64,000 nucleotides of DNA from Candidatus Saccharimonadota bacterium (GTDB lineage: Bacteria > Patescibacteriota > Saccharimonadia > Saccharimonadales > Saccharimonadaceae). The notes below the pieces were generated by a model. That model searched no databases. It was given only the letters and a program-made list of their open reading frames with translations, and was not told the origin of the DNA. Position 1 is the stretch's first letter. The number at the start of each line of letters is the position of its first letter. The DNA is taken from contig JAFWSJ010000014.1 of NCBI GenBank assembly GCA_017524405.1, forward strand, positions 65,623 through 129,622. Reading direction: 5' to 3'. Below, in pieces: positions 26,992-35,765 of the stretch. The position numbers and the translations under genes were made by a program.

Positions 26992-27506
26992 AAGATTTGC
27001 TGAATAAACGGGGGCAGAAGTCGCAACCGTTGACGCCGACCAGTAATTCCAAACCAGCGAGCTCGAGCGGCAAGAAGCGTGCCATATTCATCGTCGTTGT
27101 CTGCGCGGTATTCTTGCTCATAGTCGCCGGAGTTACCTTATTTGTCGCGTCAACCCAAAAGGGCCCAAATAAAAACGTCGACGTTTCAGAAGGAGCCCCG
27201 GGTATCAACGACGAAACGGGGGGCGAAGAATATGTTTTTCCAGAAAATCAGAGAATAGATTTCCTCTCGAAGTATGGCGTCTCTGAAGACGACATGGTTT
27301 TCGTCGAGGATAAGATTACTGAAGTTATCGAAGAATATTACGGCGAGGTCGGCTACGACCAGATATTCTACAACAACGGCGAAGGCGACGTAACAGTCGA
27401 AGACGGCCAGATTAAGTTTACCGTCTACACCGATGTGGGCGACCGCCTGACTAGCGTCACGATCAAGATGGACGGCAACAGAGTCAAGACTGTGTACATC
27501 TATTAG
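26982..27506 (+). CDS. hypothetical membrane-anchored protein, translationally overlapping the peptidase fusion
   Basis: 174 aa. One TM helix (AIFIVVVCAVFLLIVAGVTLFVA) followed by an acidic extracytoplasmic domain. Overlaps the upstream gene by 10 nt. Confidence 0.55.
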   Translation: MELKDLLNKRGQKSQPLTPTSNSKPASSSGKKRAIFIVVVCAVFLLIVAGVTLFVASTQKGPNKNVDVSEGAPGINDETGGEEYVFPENQRIDFLSKYGVSEDDMVFVEDKITEVIEEYYGEVGYDQIFYNNGEGDVTVEDGQIKFTVYTDVGDRLTSVTIKMDGNRVKTVYIY

Positions 27507-27517
27507 ATGCTCCTCTA

Positions 27518-27545
27518 TTGACTTTTTAGCTACTTATGCTATAAT
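27518..27545 (+). promoter_or_regulatory. cassette 1 promoter
   Basis: TTGACT-N16-TATAAT with TGC before the -10. Confidence 0.7.
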
Positions 27546-27585
27546 TAGTTTATCCTATATATACTCTTCGAGGAGGTGCTCTTTT

Positions 27586-27891
27586 ATGGAAACATGTGAA
27601 AAAGATATCAATAAACTGCTAAAGAAGCATGATCTTGTGTTTAAGCGCAGAAAAATGTGCCAAACAACAGGCCTAGTTTCATTGGCTATTGCGGGATTAG
27701 CTATGATTACATTCGTAGCTTTTGCCCTTAGCGATGTCGCGGTATGGGGGCTCATAGCCGTAGCAGTCTTGTTCGCTATCGGTGCCATCGTTTCGCTTGC
27801 TGCGTATTATTATTACGACGATGAGTCAATAAGATACGTGGAAAAGATTAACAGCATACAGCTCTATATGATTCGACGGCCCCGTTCCTAA
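27586..27891 (+). CDS. small 2-TM protein, cassette 1
   Basis: 101 aa. Roughly 28-aa polar N-terminus, two hydrophobic helices and a polar tail. GAGGAGGTG upstream. Confidence 0.55.
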   Translation: METCEKDINKLLKKHDLVFKRRKMCQTTGLVSLAIAGLAMITFVAFALSDVAVWGLIAVAVLFAIGAIVSLAAYYYYDDESIRYVEKINSIQLYMIRRPRS

Positions 27892-27921
27892 CCCCGGTTA
27901 ACACCCGGGGTTAACTTTTTT
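27889..27921 (+). terminator. cassette 1 terminator
   Basis: TAACCCCGG-TTAACAC-CCGGGGTTA followed by ACTTTTTT. Confidence 0.7.
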
Positions 27922-27941
27922 GCCAGATAGCGCCTGTGCTC

Positions 27942-27969
27942 TTGACTTTCGCGTATTTCGTGCTATAAT
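27942..27969 (+). promoter_or_regulatory. cassette 2 promoter
   Basis: TTGACT-N16-TATAAT with TGC before the -10. Confidence 0.7.
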
Positions 27970-28006
27970 TTAGACACCTATACCTACTCTTACAGGAGGG
28001 CACCTT

Positions 28007-28306
28007 ATGAAAAAGATTAATGATTTGGATTACGAAGAGCTAACGCTCGAGGCAATAATAGCCAAAACGTGGACCGAACGCTGCAAGACGATGTTCTGGG
28101 CTACGATGGTCTTCGGATGGCTTACTCTCGGCATAGCAGGAGCACTTATAGAATGGGCAAATCTTCCGACTCTCGGAAATATCATCTGGATTTCCGCTCG
28201 CGTAGTCATGTTTTTGGCCATAATTCCCCTTACTCTACAGATCATTTTCTTCATTCGAGGACGTAAGTGTTTTACTCTTCGAGAACAAATTAAGCAACAG
28301 CCATAA
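28007..28306 (+). CDS. small 2-TM protein, cassette 2
   Basis: 99 aa with the same architecture as cassette 1. CAGGAGGG upstream. Confidence 0.55.
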   Translation: MKKINDLDYEELTLEAIIAKTWTERCKTMFWATMVFGWLTLGIAGALIEWANLPTLGNIIWISARVVMFLAIIPLTLQIIFFIRGRKCFTLREQIKQQP

Positions 28307-28318
28307 TTGGCGATTCTG

Positions 28319-28347
28319 ACACCCCGGTCCATACCGGGGTTCTCGTT
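28319..28347 (+). terminator. cassette 2 terminator
   Basis: ACCCCGGT-CCAT-ACCGGGGT followed by TCTCGTTT. Confidence 0.6.
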
Positions 28348-28358
28348 TGGGTTTAGTA

Positions 28359-28387
28359 TTGACTTTTTATCCCGCTTGTGCTATAAT
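28359..28387 (+). promoter_or_regulatory. cassette 3 promoter
   Basis: TTGACT-N17-TATAAT with TGC before the -10. Confidence 0.7.
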
Positions 28388-28427
28388 AGTATTATCCTAT
28401 TTATTCTATCCCCAAGGAGGTTCCTTT

Positions 28428-28739
28428 ATGAAAAATGATATTACGGTCGAAGAGTTGCATGCCGAAATTGCACACGCATCTAAGGTAGGAAGTTTTTGCG
28501 ATAAAGGCAGCTGGGTTGCGCTAGTCATTAGCAGCCTGCTCAATATACTGCAGATTTGCCTCATACCAGATGGATCTTGGCTGAAGTGGTGCTTCATCAT
28601 TGCGGCAGGAAATTTCCTGATTTGCGCAATCGTGATGATCATCATTGAAATGCGCGCCGATAGAAAAGCACGCAGGCTTCTTTACCAATTAGCTAGAAAA
28701 GCGTCGGTTCTCATAAGAATCGACTCTTGCCCCGACTAA
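28428..28739 (+). CDS. small 2-TM protein, cassette 3
   Basis: ATG 28428 follows AAGGAGG. 103 aa with the same architecture as cassettes 1-2. Confidence 0.55.
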   Translation: MKNDITVEELHAEIAHASKVGSFCDKGSWVALVISSLLNILQICLIPDGSWLKWCFIIAAGNFLICAIVMIIIEMRADRKARRLLYQLARKASVLIRIDSCPD

Positions 28740-28758
28740 CCATCGGGGTTCATTTTTT
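28730..28758 (+). terminator. cassette 3 terminator
   Basis: CCCCGA-CTAACCAT-CGGGG followed by TTCATTTTTT, overlapping the stop codon. Confidence 0.6.
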
Positions 28759-28797
28759 ACCAAAAAAATAAGCCCTGCGGGCATATTTTCTTGTTTT

Positions 28798-28872
28798 TGG
28801 CTGGGGATGAGGGATTCGAACCCCCGAATGGTGGGACCAGAACCCACTGCCTTACCACTTGGCGAATCCCCA
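28798..28872 (-). tRNA. tRNA-Gln (anticodon CTG)
   Basis: 75-nt cloverleaf folded by hand: acceptor TGGGGAT/ATCCCCA, 3-bp D stem, anticodon loop TTCTGGT, T arm GGGGG-TTCGAAT-CCCTC, encoded CCA. Confidence 0.9.
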
Positions 28873-28989
28873 ATGGTTAATTCGGATACCATTTGATTCT
28901 ACCACTTTTTCGGCAAAATGCCAATACTTAGCCAAAAATGTTATAATGGGGGCAATCCAAAAGAAGTCCTTTGAAAGGGGGTGGGTCAA

Positions 28990-29973
28990 TTGAGGAATAA
29001 GTACTCAATTTTGAAAATTAGTCAGAGCGAACCTAGAGATTTAATCGACGACATGAGCAAGGCCCATTTTTCCTTATTAAGGAGTTTTGGGTGTGGCATA
29101 CATAATTTCTGGTTGTTTTGGGTGCGGTTTGCGTGCCTCTTTTTTATTAAGATGGCAGAACGCCGCGCGGAGAAACGCACAGAGATGGATCGCGAAAGCG
29201 CACTGAGGCTTGAGCTCGGTAAAATCTTTCAGCATGGAGCGCCGTCGATCGTTGGCACTTCGCCCGATTTTCCCGATCCGGACTATGGCCTCGTCATTGG
29301 TTTTAACCATCCGTCTCTAGGAGAAATTCTCCGTCTCATGTATATTTGCATGCTCGTTTATCCCGAGCGCAAGTATCTGTTTCCGGTCAATATTCTCTGG
29401 TACGAGGCTTTAGTCCCGGTTATCGATAGGCTTGCCGAATTTGGCTTCACGCTTATGCCGGTAATTACGCCAAAGGCCAAGAAAAAGCTCATGAAGCATG
29501 CCAAGAAAATCGAGGCGCGCGTTCAGGTCAATCGCTTAACTCGCGGCTTCGTCGAGGCATACTTTGCGCGCAGCACAGAGTTTGTCAAATCGGGCCAGAT
29601 AGTGCTCGTAGCGCCAAGCGCAACCCGCAAGCAATACGTCTTCGACGACAAAGCAACCGCAGAAGGCAAGAAGCCGATCGAGCCACAGACGATGACTCTT
29701 CTCGCGCTCAGCATTATGAGAGCGAAGATTGAGCATTTCGCCTTTATACCTGTTGCGATTATCCCGCCCGAAGGCGCATCGCGTGGGTTGAATCTTCTTT
29801 GCGAGTACCGGATTATGCCTTGCAATCCGATGAGCGAGGAGACGATCATCCCTAGGTGCAAACAGTTCAAAGATGGCTGCAATGCGCGCCGCTTCGAGCG
29901 CTGCTTCCTAGAAGCGATCGCCAAGGAGCTGGAGTCCAATAACCGCAAAGATCTCATTACTCGCCCTGGCTAA
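28990..29973 (+). CDS. putative acyltransferase (PlsC/LPLAT-like, weak)
   Basis: TTG 28990 lies 5 nt after GAAAGGGGGTGG. Alternatives are GTG 28981 and ATG 29053/29152. Hydrophobic N-terminal helix and an NHPSLGE (HX4E) block resembling the HX4D acyltransferase motif. Confidence 0.45.
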   Translation: MRNKYSILKISQSEPRDLIDDMSKAHFSLLRSFGCGIHNFWLFWVRFACLFFIKMAERRAEKRTEMDRESALRLELGKIFQHGAPSIVGTSPDFPDPDYGLVIGFNHPSLGEILRLMYICMLVYPERKYLFPVNILWYEALVPVIDRLAEFGFTLMPVITPKAKKKLMKHAKKIEARVQVNRLTRGFVEAYFARSTEFVKSGQIVLVAPSATRKQYVFDDKATAEGKKPIEPQTMTLLALSIMRAKIEHFAFIPVAIIPPEGASRGLNLLCEYRIMPCNPMSEETIIPRCKQFKDGCNARRFERCFLEAIAKELESNNRKDLITRPG

Positions 29974-30054
29974 TAAAAAGGTCGTAATCTTGTTTTGCGG
30001 CCTTTTTTCGTGCTAAAATGGAGATAGTTTTAAGCATAAACGATAAGGAAAAGG

Positions 30055-31782
30055 GTGGATAGCTATCAGCCATTAGACAGTGTCGAGGACGTCGAGGAGT
30101 TTTACTCGGCGATTGAACGCGACAAATTGACCCACAAGCTCTCGCCAGAGCGCCCTTATTGTTATTGGACGATCGAAACTTACGACAAGAGTAATGGTAT
30201 TCGTGGTGGCGGTGGTCTTGGCGTGCTCGCGGCCGATATGCGCCGCGTTGCCGAACAGCTTTCCGTGCCATTCGTGCTCGTGACGCCATTTTATCCTTGG
30301 GAATCGCATCAGAAGATGCAGGACATGAAGCAGACCGATTTCCATACCGAGCAGCACTATGAGGATTATGGCTTCAATTTCGTAGACAATATCCATATCA
30401 AGACCGAGACGACTGCGGTTGAGCTCAGCGTAATCGAGAAGAAGCTCGGTTCGACCCGCTTCCTTTGCGTAACTGAGCCGAATTTTGGCGAGCTCTACTC
30501 CGGCGAATCCGGTTCCGATCATCGCCTCTATCAAGAGGTGGCGCTCGGCTTTGGCGGCTATCAGGCGCTGAAGCTTGTTGGACTTAGGCCGGCCGTCATC
30601 CAGCTTAATGAGGTTGCGACCTTCTTCGCCGCTGTCGCCCGCCTAGACGAGCTCGTAAGCTCTGGCATGGATTTCTACGAAGCCGTAGTATACACGCGCA
30701 AGCACACGCTCTATACAAACCACACGCTTGTCCAGGCTGCTGAAGCACGCTTCAATTACCGCCAGTTCGAACAGTACGTTTTCCCGAATATCAAGAGCGT
30801 CGCCGTGAAGCGATGGCTCTCCGATAAGTTTACGAATGGCAGTATCCAACTCTCTACGCCAACCGTTGAGATTGCCGAGCTTCGTTCTGGCGTCAGCAAG
30901 CTACATGCCCGCGTCGCGAATTACCACGATATCAATGGCGCAAAGATTAAGTTCAAGAGCGTCACGAATGGTATTCATATGCGTACTTGGGTACTCCCAG
31001 AAATTATGGACTACTACTACGAGCACGAAATTCTTGATAAATTCGATTTGCCGCCGGTAGAAACACTCGCCGAGAAGGTCGAGGTTATGAACGCCGAAGA
31101 TATTCGCCACTTGAAGCTCGCCGGTCGCCGTAAGCTTAACGAGATTCTCTCGCATCGCACCGATCAGTACGGCAATTCGATTCAGATTCCAGAAGACGCA
31201 ATGCTTTTTGATTTCAAGCGCCGCTTCGTCGATTACAAGCGCCCTTGGCTACCTTTTGATAACCCACATAAGCTCGCGGAGATTCTCGAGAAGTACAATG
31301 CTCACTACATTCTCGCCGGCCGCGTGCATCTCGGCGACAAGCGCATGTTCGAGAAGCTAATGGACGTATTGCATACGATCGACAACAACCCGATTCTCAA
31401 GGAACGCGTGCATTATCTACCAGATTACGATGAGGAGCTCGGCCTTGGTCTTAGCCTTGGCGCGAACAGCTCAATTAATACGCCAATCGTTGGCCTTGAA
31501 GCCTGCGGCACGAGCTGGATGAAAGACATCGCTAACCTCGGCATTTTGATTTCTACCCACGATGGTGGCGTAGCAGACATGCCTTCGGATAATTACCTCA
31601 CGATTTCTGGCCGAAACGAAGGCGAGGAATGCGCAGAGCTATATCGCCAGATGGAAGTTGCCGCTCAGGCCTGGCAAAATGATTTTGATCTCGAATACTG
31701 GATCCACAAGGAACTCGTTGCCTATCTCGACATTATTTCCGGCTCGAGAATGATGAAAGATTATTTGAATTATCTATTCTAG
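30055..31782 (+). CDS. glgP: alpha-glucan phosphorylase (GT35, short GlgP type)
   Basis: 575 aa. GGLGVLAAD near the N-terminus and EACGTSWMK (PLP-lysine region). GTG start after AAGGAAAAGG. Confidence 0.9.
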   Translation: MDSYQPLDSVEDVEEFYSAIERDKLTHKLSPERPYCYWTIETYDKSNGIRGGGGLGVLAADMRRVAEQLSVPFVLVTPFYPWESHQKMQDMKQTDFHTEQHYEDYGFNFVDNIHIKTETTAVELSVIEKKLGSTRFLCVTEPNFGELYSGESGSDHRLYQEVALGFGGYQALKLVGLRPAVIQLNEVATFFAAVARLDELVSSGMDFYEAVVYTRKHTLYTNHTLVQAAEARFNYRQFEQYVFPNIKSVAVKRWLSDKFTNGSIQLSTPTVEIAELRSGVSKLHARVANYHDINGAKIKFKSVTNGIHMRTWVLPEIMDYYYEHEILDKFDLPPVETLAEKVEVMNAEDIRHLKLAGRRKLNEILSHRTDQYGNSIQIPEDAMLFDFKRRFVDYKRPWLPFDNPHKLAEILEKYNAHYILAGRVHLGDKRMFEKLMDVLHTIDNNPILKERVHYLPDYDEELGLGLSLGANSSINTPIVGLEACGTSWMKDIANLGILISTHDGGVADMPSDNYLTISGRNEGEECAELYRQMEVAAQAWQNDFDLEYWIHKELVAYLDIISGSRMMKDYLNYLF

Positions 31783-33104
31783 GCCGCCTGCGGCGTTTCA
31801 TCGCTTTCGGCGATGTTTTTCTTAATATAGGCTTTTTCGTCCACGACAACTATTGGGATACCATAATATTTCGCATGCCTCAAAACCAGCTCATTAATAC
31901 CTCTTTCTGCCGGTACGAATATGAACTGCGGCGAAAGAGGCTTATCGCTGTCCTCCTCGTAGCGATCAATTGCAATTTCATTATAATTCCCATGAAACGA
32001 CACACCCTCGTCTTTCTGGTTGGCAAGAGCAGCCTGCTCTAATTCAGGAATGTTGAATATGGTCGGTGTTGGCGAAGAGCTGTCTATATTTCCGGTGTAC
32101 GACTGCCTGATTGCAGCGTCCTTTGCGTCGGCAGCGATTATTTTTCTTCTCCCTATATCGCTAAAACCATAAAATAGGTGTCGCTCCCGATTGTAGTTTT
32201 CGCCACGTTGCGCATGCCCATCCGGCATTTTATCGGTCAGAAGGGAGGTCGAAATGTTTACGGAATATTCCTTGCCAAAATCTCCATATCGTGAAACCTG
32301 GTTATGCTTTTTTGCGCGCGTCACAAAGGCGCCTGGGTCATCTAGCTGTCTTAATGAGCGGGCAATACTCTCTCCATGCGCGGGCTTCATGCGTTCCCCC
32401 TCTTCCGAGCGATACCCAATATCGTGCACTAGGAAGCAGAAATTATGGCCAGTTAGATGGTAAACCGGGATCATCTCGCCCTCATACTCTACGCTTTCTT
32501 TCGAAATCCCGTCTTCACCCATTATGACCCAGTCCTCGAAGTCGTCGACGCCCGTAGCCCTATTTTCAAAATCTAGCTTAAACATTTCCCTATTGGTTTT
32601 ATATTTAGCTATCGCCGCATCTGCATCGACCATTTCTTTTATCATCTGGTCATTCAGCTTTTTCTTCTCAACCCTAGCCGCTTTGATAGCTTTTTCGTGC
32701 GCTGCTCTGATGTCCGCATTTTCACTATGCCTAGCTGAATCGCCCTCGCCAAAAAATTTATTTCCCCGCTCTTCATATCGGCGTCGTTTTTCGCCTTCGA
32801 CATACGCTTCTAGATCGCGTTCTTCATCTATTTTTTCGCGCATGATCCCCATCGCATATAATGCCTTACGTGCAATTTTTTTGACAGTGGGGACCTCTTC
32901 TTTTGCGCGTTCATATTCCTCTGGAGTCCACGCGTTCTCCGTAGCACGCTCTTCTTCTTTAAACACACGAATAGCCTCTTCCTGCTCATCATCGTAGCTT
33001 TTAACGATAGCTTTAACAGGGCGAAAAATAGCAGATTTTAGTTTTTCCCACCCACTTTTTGGCGCTTGCGCCTCTTCTTCGTTTCTGTTTTCGCCATTTT
33101 CCAT
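31779..33104 (-). CDS. hypothetical protein with a highly charged N-terminal half
   Basis: 441 aa. Glu/Lys/Arg-rich N-terminal half of roughly 200 aa, then a globular C-terminal half. No motif I recognise. Confidence 0.55.
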   Translation of the reverse strand: MENGENRNEEEAQAPKSGWEKLKSAIFRPVKAIVKSYDDEQEEAIRVFKEEERATENAWTPEEYERAKEEVPTVKKIARKALYAMGIMREKIDEERDLEAYVEGEKRRRYEERGNKFFGEGDSARHSENADIRAAHEKAIKAARVEKKKLNDQMIKEMVDADAAIAKYKTNREMFKLDFENRATGVDDFEDWVIMGEDGISKESVEYEGEMIPVYHLTGHNFCFLVHDIGYRSEEGERMKPAHGESIARSLRQLDDPGAFVTRAKKHNQVSRYGDFGKEYSVNISTSLLTDKMPDGHAQRGENYNRERHLFYGFSDIGRRKIIAADAKDAAIRQSYTGNIDSSSPTPTIFNIPELEQAALANQKDEGVSFHGNYNEIAIDRYEEDSDKPLSPQFIFVPAERGINELVLRHAKYYGIPIVVVDEKAYIKKNIAESDETPQAA

Positions 33105-33116
33105 GATTAAATTATA
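33102..33116 (-). promoter_or_regulatory. -10 box 6 nt from the ATG (predicted leaderless)
   Basis: Minus strand reads TATAAT-TTAATC-ATG. Confidence 0.55.
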
Positions 33117-33184
33117 TACTTTTCAGAGATAGTATGCTATACTCTTGACAGAGTCCGGTAAGGACTATTTTTAATGGAGTAAAT

Positions 33185-33553
33185 ATGGCAACGAAAGTCA
33201 CCAGAATCAAGGCTCGCGACGATGCCCCAAAGGCAAAGGAAGAGTCTGAGGAAATTACTCGCAAAGTTAGCGTCAAGGCTAAGAACAGCGAGAGCAAGAA
33301 ATCCAAAGCTGAGACAAAAACTAAGGCCAAGGCTGTAAAGAAAGCCGAAAAGCAGGCCGAGAAAAAAGAAAAGAAAGTCGGTTATTTCCGTGGTGCCGTC
33401 CGCGAACTTCGCCAGGTACGCTGGCCAAATCGCAAGGAAACCTGGAAGATGACTCTTTCGGTTATCGTATATGTCGTCATCCTTGCAGTCATTATCATGC
33501 TGCTCGATGCGCTTCTACAATTTATTTTCACTAAAATCCTGGGAGGAAACTAA
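33185..33553 (+). CDS. secE: preprotein translocase subunit SecE with a Lys-rich N-terminal extension
   Basis: 122 aa. C-terminal VRELRQVRWPNRKETWKMT plus a single TM is the SecE core. It immediately precedes nusG. Confidence 0.88.
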   Translation: MATKVTRIKARDDAPKAKEESEEITRKVSVKAKNSESKKSKAETKTKAKAVKKAEKQAEKKEKKVGYFRGAVRELRQVRWPNRKETWKMTLSVIVYVVILAVIIMLLDALLQFIFTKILGGN

Positions 33554-33556
33554 TTT

Positions 33557-34108
33557 ATGGCAGTTAACCGCTATGATGGTACTCGCGCATGGTATGCAGT
33601 TAGTACCTACTCCGGCTACGAAGACAAGGTGGCCGATTCCATCCGTCAGCGTCTCGATGGCGTAGATTTCGCCGACAAGATCTTTGACGTTATGGTTCCA
33701 AAAGAAAAACAAATTGATATCAAGAACGGCAAGCGCCGTATCGTCGAAAAGAAGATTTTCCAGGGCTACGTGCTCGTCGAAATGAAGCTTTCCGATGCTA
33801 CTTGGTACATTATTCGTAACACGCCAGGCGTAACCGGCTTCGTCGGTACTGGCACTCAGCCAACTCCAGTTTCAAAGAAAGAAATCGAAAAGATCAAGAA
33901 GCGCATGGGCGTTGACGATCCAAAGTTCACCGTCAACTACTCTGCTGGCGAGGTCGTTTCCGTCACCGATGGTCCATTCAAGGGCTTCGAAGGTACTATC
34001 TCCGAGATCGACTCGAATAAGGGTAAGCTCAAGGTTCTCGTTTCCATGTTTGGTCGCGAAACCGCCGTCGAGCTTGACGCACTACAAGTTAAGAAGATTG
34101 ACGACTAG
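33557..34108 (+). CDS. nusG: transcription termination/antitermination factor NusG
   Basis: 183 aa. NGN domain (WYAVSTYSGYEDKV) and KOW (GEVVSVTDGPFKGFEGTISEID). Confidence 0.96.
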   Translation: MAVNRYDGTRAWYAVSTYSGYEDKVADSIRQRLDGVDFADKIFDVMVPKEKQIDIKNGKRRIVEKKIFQGYVLVEMKLSDATWYIIRNTPGVTGFVGTGTQPTPVSKKEIEKIKKRMGVDDPKFTVNYSAGEVVSVTDGPFKGFEGTISEIDSNKGKLKVLVSMFGRETAVELDALQVKKIDD

Positions 34109-34109
34109 T

Positions 34110-35765
34110 ATGAAAGCGCTTAAGAATCTTAAGCGCCCAAGCCGCCTTAGCGTATTCTCCGGAATCGCGGCGGTTTTTTTGGCTCTAATGATGCAGTCGG
34201 GCGGCAGCGCCATGGCTGGCATTATGGGTTATTCCGCATTGTCTTTCGTTATCGGATTCTTGCTCTATTTTGCCCTGTTCTTCTTCCTGATTCGCAAGCT
34301 GTTCCTCTTCCTTGACCGCAAGCCAAAAGCACGCGCGAAAAAACAATCTTTCGTAAACAAATTCTCCGTTAAATACTTCTTCATCTTCTTCGGCATCATC
34401 TTGCTATGTTGGCTGCCAATCTTCCTGGCATACTACCCGGGCGCCTTTGGCTATGATGTCGAGTACCAGATGACCGACCTCGATACTTTCGATGGGCACC
34501 ATCCGCTCATCCACAATATCTTCCTACGCGGGACGGTCGCGATTGGCTACAAGCTATTCGGCCCAAACAACCTCGCTATCGCATTCAGCACGGTGATCCA
34601 GATGATTATCATCGGGGGCGCATTCGCTTATATCTGCGAGGCTTTCCGTCACTTCGGCAAGAAGTATCTTCATTATGGTGCAGCGCTGTTCTTCGGCCTC
34701 ATGCCATTCTGCAGCTATATGGCGATTAGCCACACCAAGGATGCGATGTTTATCGCTTTCTTTGCGATGAGCCTGATGATGATTTTCGAGGCTTTAGTTA
34801 TCGAGAAAATCAGCGTAAAACGCATTATTGGCACGTCGTTTATCTTCATGTTGACAGCACTATTTCGCAACAACGCGCCATACATTGTCGTCGCTTGGCT
34901 CATCATCGCATCAATCATGCTTTGGCGCTACCAGGCGAAGCGCGTGCTGCTTTACGCTTGTGCAGGCGGCCTCGTGCTCGCTGGCGTATTCCATATTGTC
35001 GGAACTCGCGTATTCTCAACTACGGGCGAAACTGAGCTCAGCGCGCCATATTCCGTGCCGCTTCACCTCATGGCCGCCACGATCGCCTTCCACCCGGAGC
35101 TTCTCGACGAAGAGAATCTCGAGGACGGTAAAGTCTTTGGCTACTTCGATAAGGAGAACGTCGAAGCCGGCGCATATTATTGCCCAGTTCTCGCTGACTG
35201 CGCGAAGCATACCTTGGGTCTGCAAATTACGAACGAAAACAAGATGCAGATGCTCCTCACGACCGCAAAGGTCGGCTTGAGCCATCCGGCAGACTATCTC
35301 AAGTCTTACATTTATCTCATGAAGAGTTCTTGGTATCCGTTCTCTTATGACTACTACAAGATTTACGGCACGGTCAATCCGGCCGGCGAAGAAGAGGCGG
35401 GCTTCCGCGAAGGCATTACGCGCCCAACTATCATGGCGCCATACGTCACGCATCAGCCGCTCTTGCCGCATCTTCGCGCCTTCCTCGATAAGGAATGGTT
35501 TAACTTGGGCTACTCTGGCAATCTCATCACGAACACCATCATGGTCCCAGCCACTTATGTACATGGCCTCGTGATTATCATTTGCTACGCTTGGTATTCT
35601 CGCCGCAAGAAGCTACTTCTCATGACGATGCTACCACTCATGGCTTACGGAACGATCTTAATCGGCCCATGCGTGCTCATTCGCTACATGGCGCCAGTCA
35701 TGGTCGCAGTACCGATGCTCTACGCATATACTTTCGTCTATAAGGATAGCCTACTGGAGAAGTAG
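34110..35765 (+). CDS. large polytopic membrane protein, GT-C-like putative glycosyltransferase (paralog 1)
   Basis: ATG 34110 lies 2 nt after the nusG stop. 551 aa. Shares MK..RP.R..VFSGI, PG.FGYDV, HHPLIH and SSWYPFSYDY blocks with the next gene. Confidence 0.6.
   Translation: MKALKNLKRPSRLSVFSGIAAVFLALMMQSGGSAMAGIMGYSALSFVIGFLLYFALFFFLIRKLFLFLDRKPKARAKKQSFVNKFSVKYFFIFFGIILLCWLPIFLAYYPGAFGYDVEYQMTDLDTFDGHHPLIHNIFLRGTVAIGYKLFGPNNLAIAFSTVIQMIIIGGAFAYICEAFRHFGKKYLHYGAALFFGLMPFCSYMAISHTKDAMFIAFFAMSLMMIFEALVIEKISVKRIIGTSFIFMLTALFRNNAPYIVVAWLIIASIMLWRYQAKRVLLYACAGGLVLAGVFHIVGTRVFSTTGETELSAPYSVPLHLMAATIAFHPELLDEENLEDGKVFGYFDKENVEAGAYYCPVLADCAKHTLGLQITNENKMQMLLTTAKVGLSHPADYLKSYIYLMKSSWYPFSYDYYKIYGTVNPAGEEEAGFREGITRPTIMAPYVTHQPLLPHLRAFLDKEWFNLGYSGNLITNTIMVPATYVHGLVIIICYAWYSRRKKLLLMTMLPLMAYGTILIGPCVLIRYMAPVMVAVPMLYAYTFVYKDSLLEK

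Noticed and set aside
25114-28872. Calling this block an integrative/conjugative element or prophage remnant
   Set aside because: I could find no integrase, relaxase, VirB4/VirD4, phage structural genes or tRNA-derived direct repeat in the window. It is kept only as a low-confidence accessory-island hypothesis.
28981-29151. Alternative starts and a possible separate small ORF upstream of the acyltransferase-like core
   Set aside because: It is in frame with the downstream domain, and it contains a hydrophobic helix typical of membrane-bound acyltransferases. It is treated as one CDS with an uncertain start (TTG 28990 preferred).
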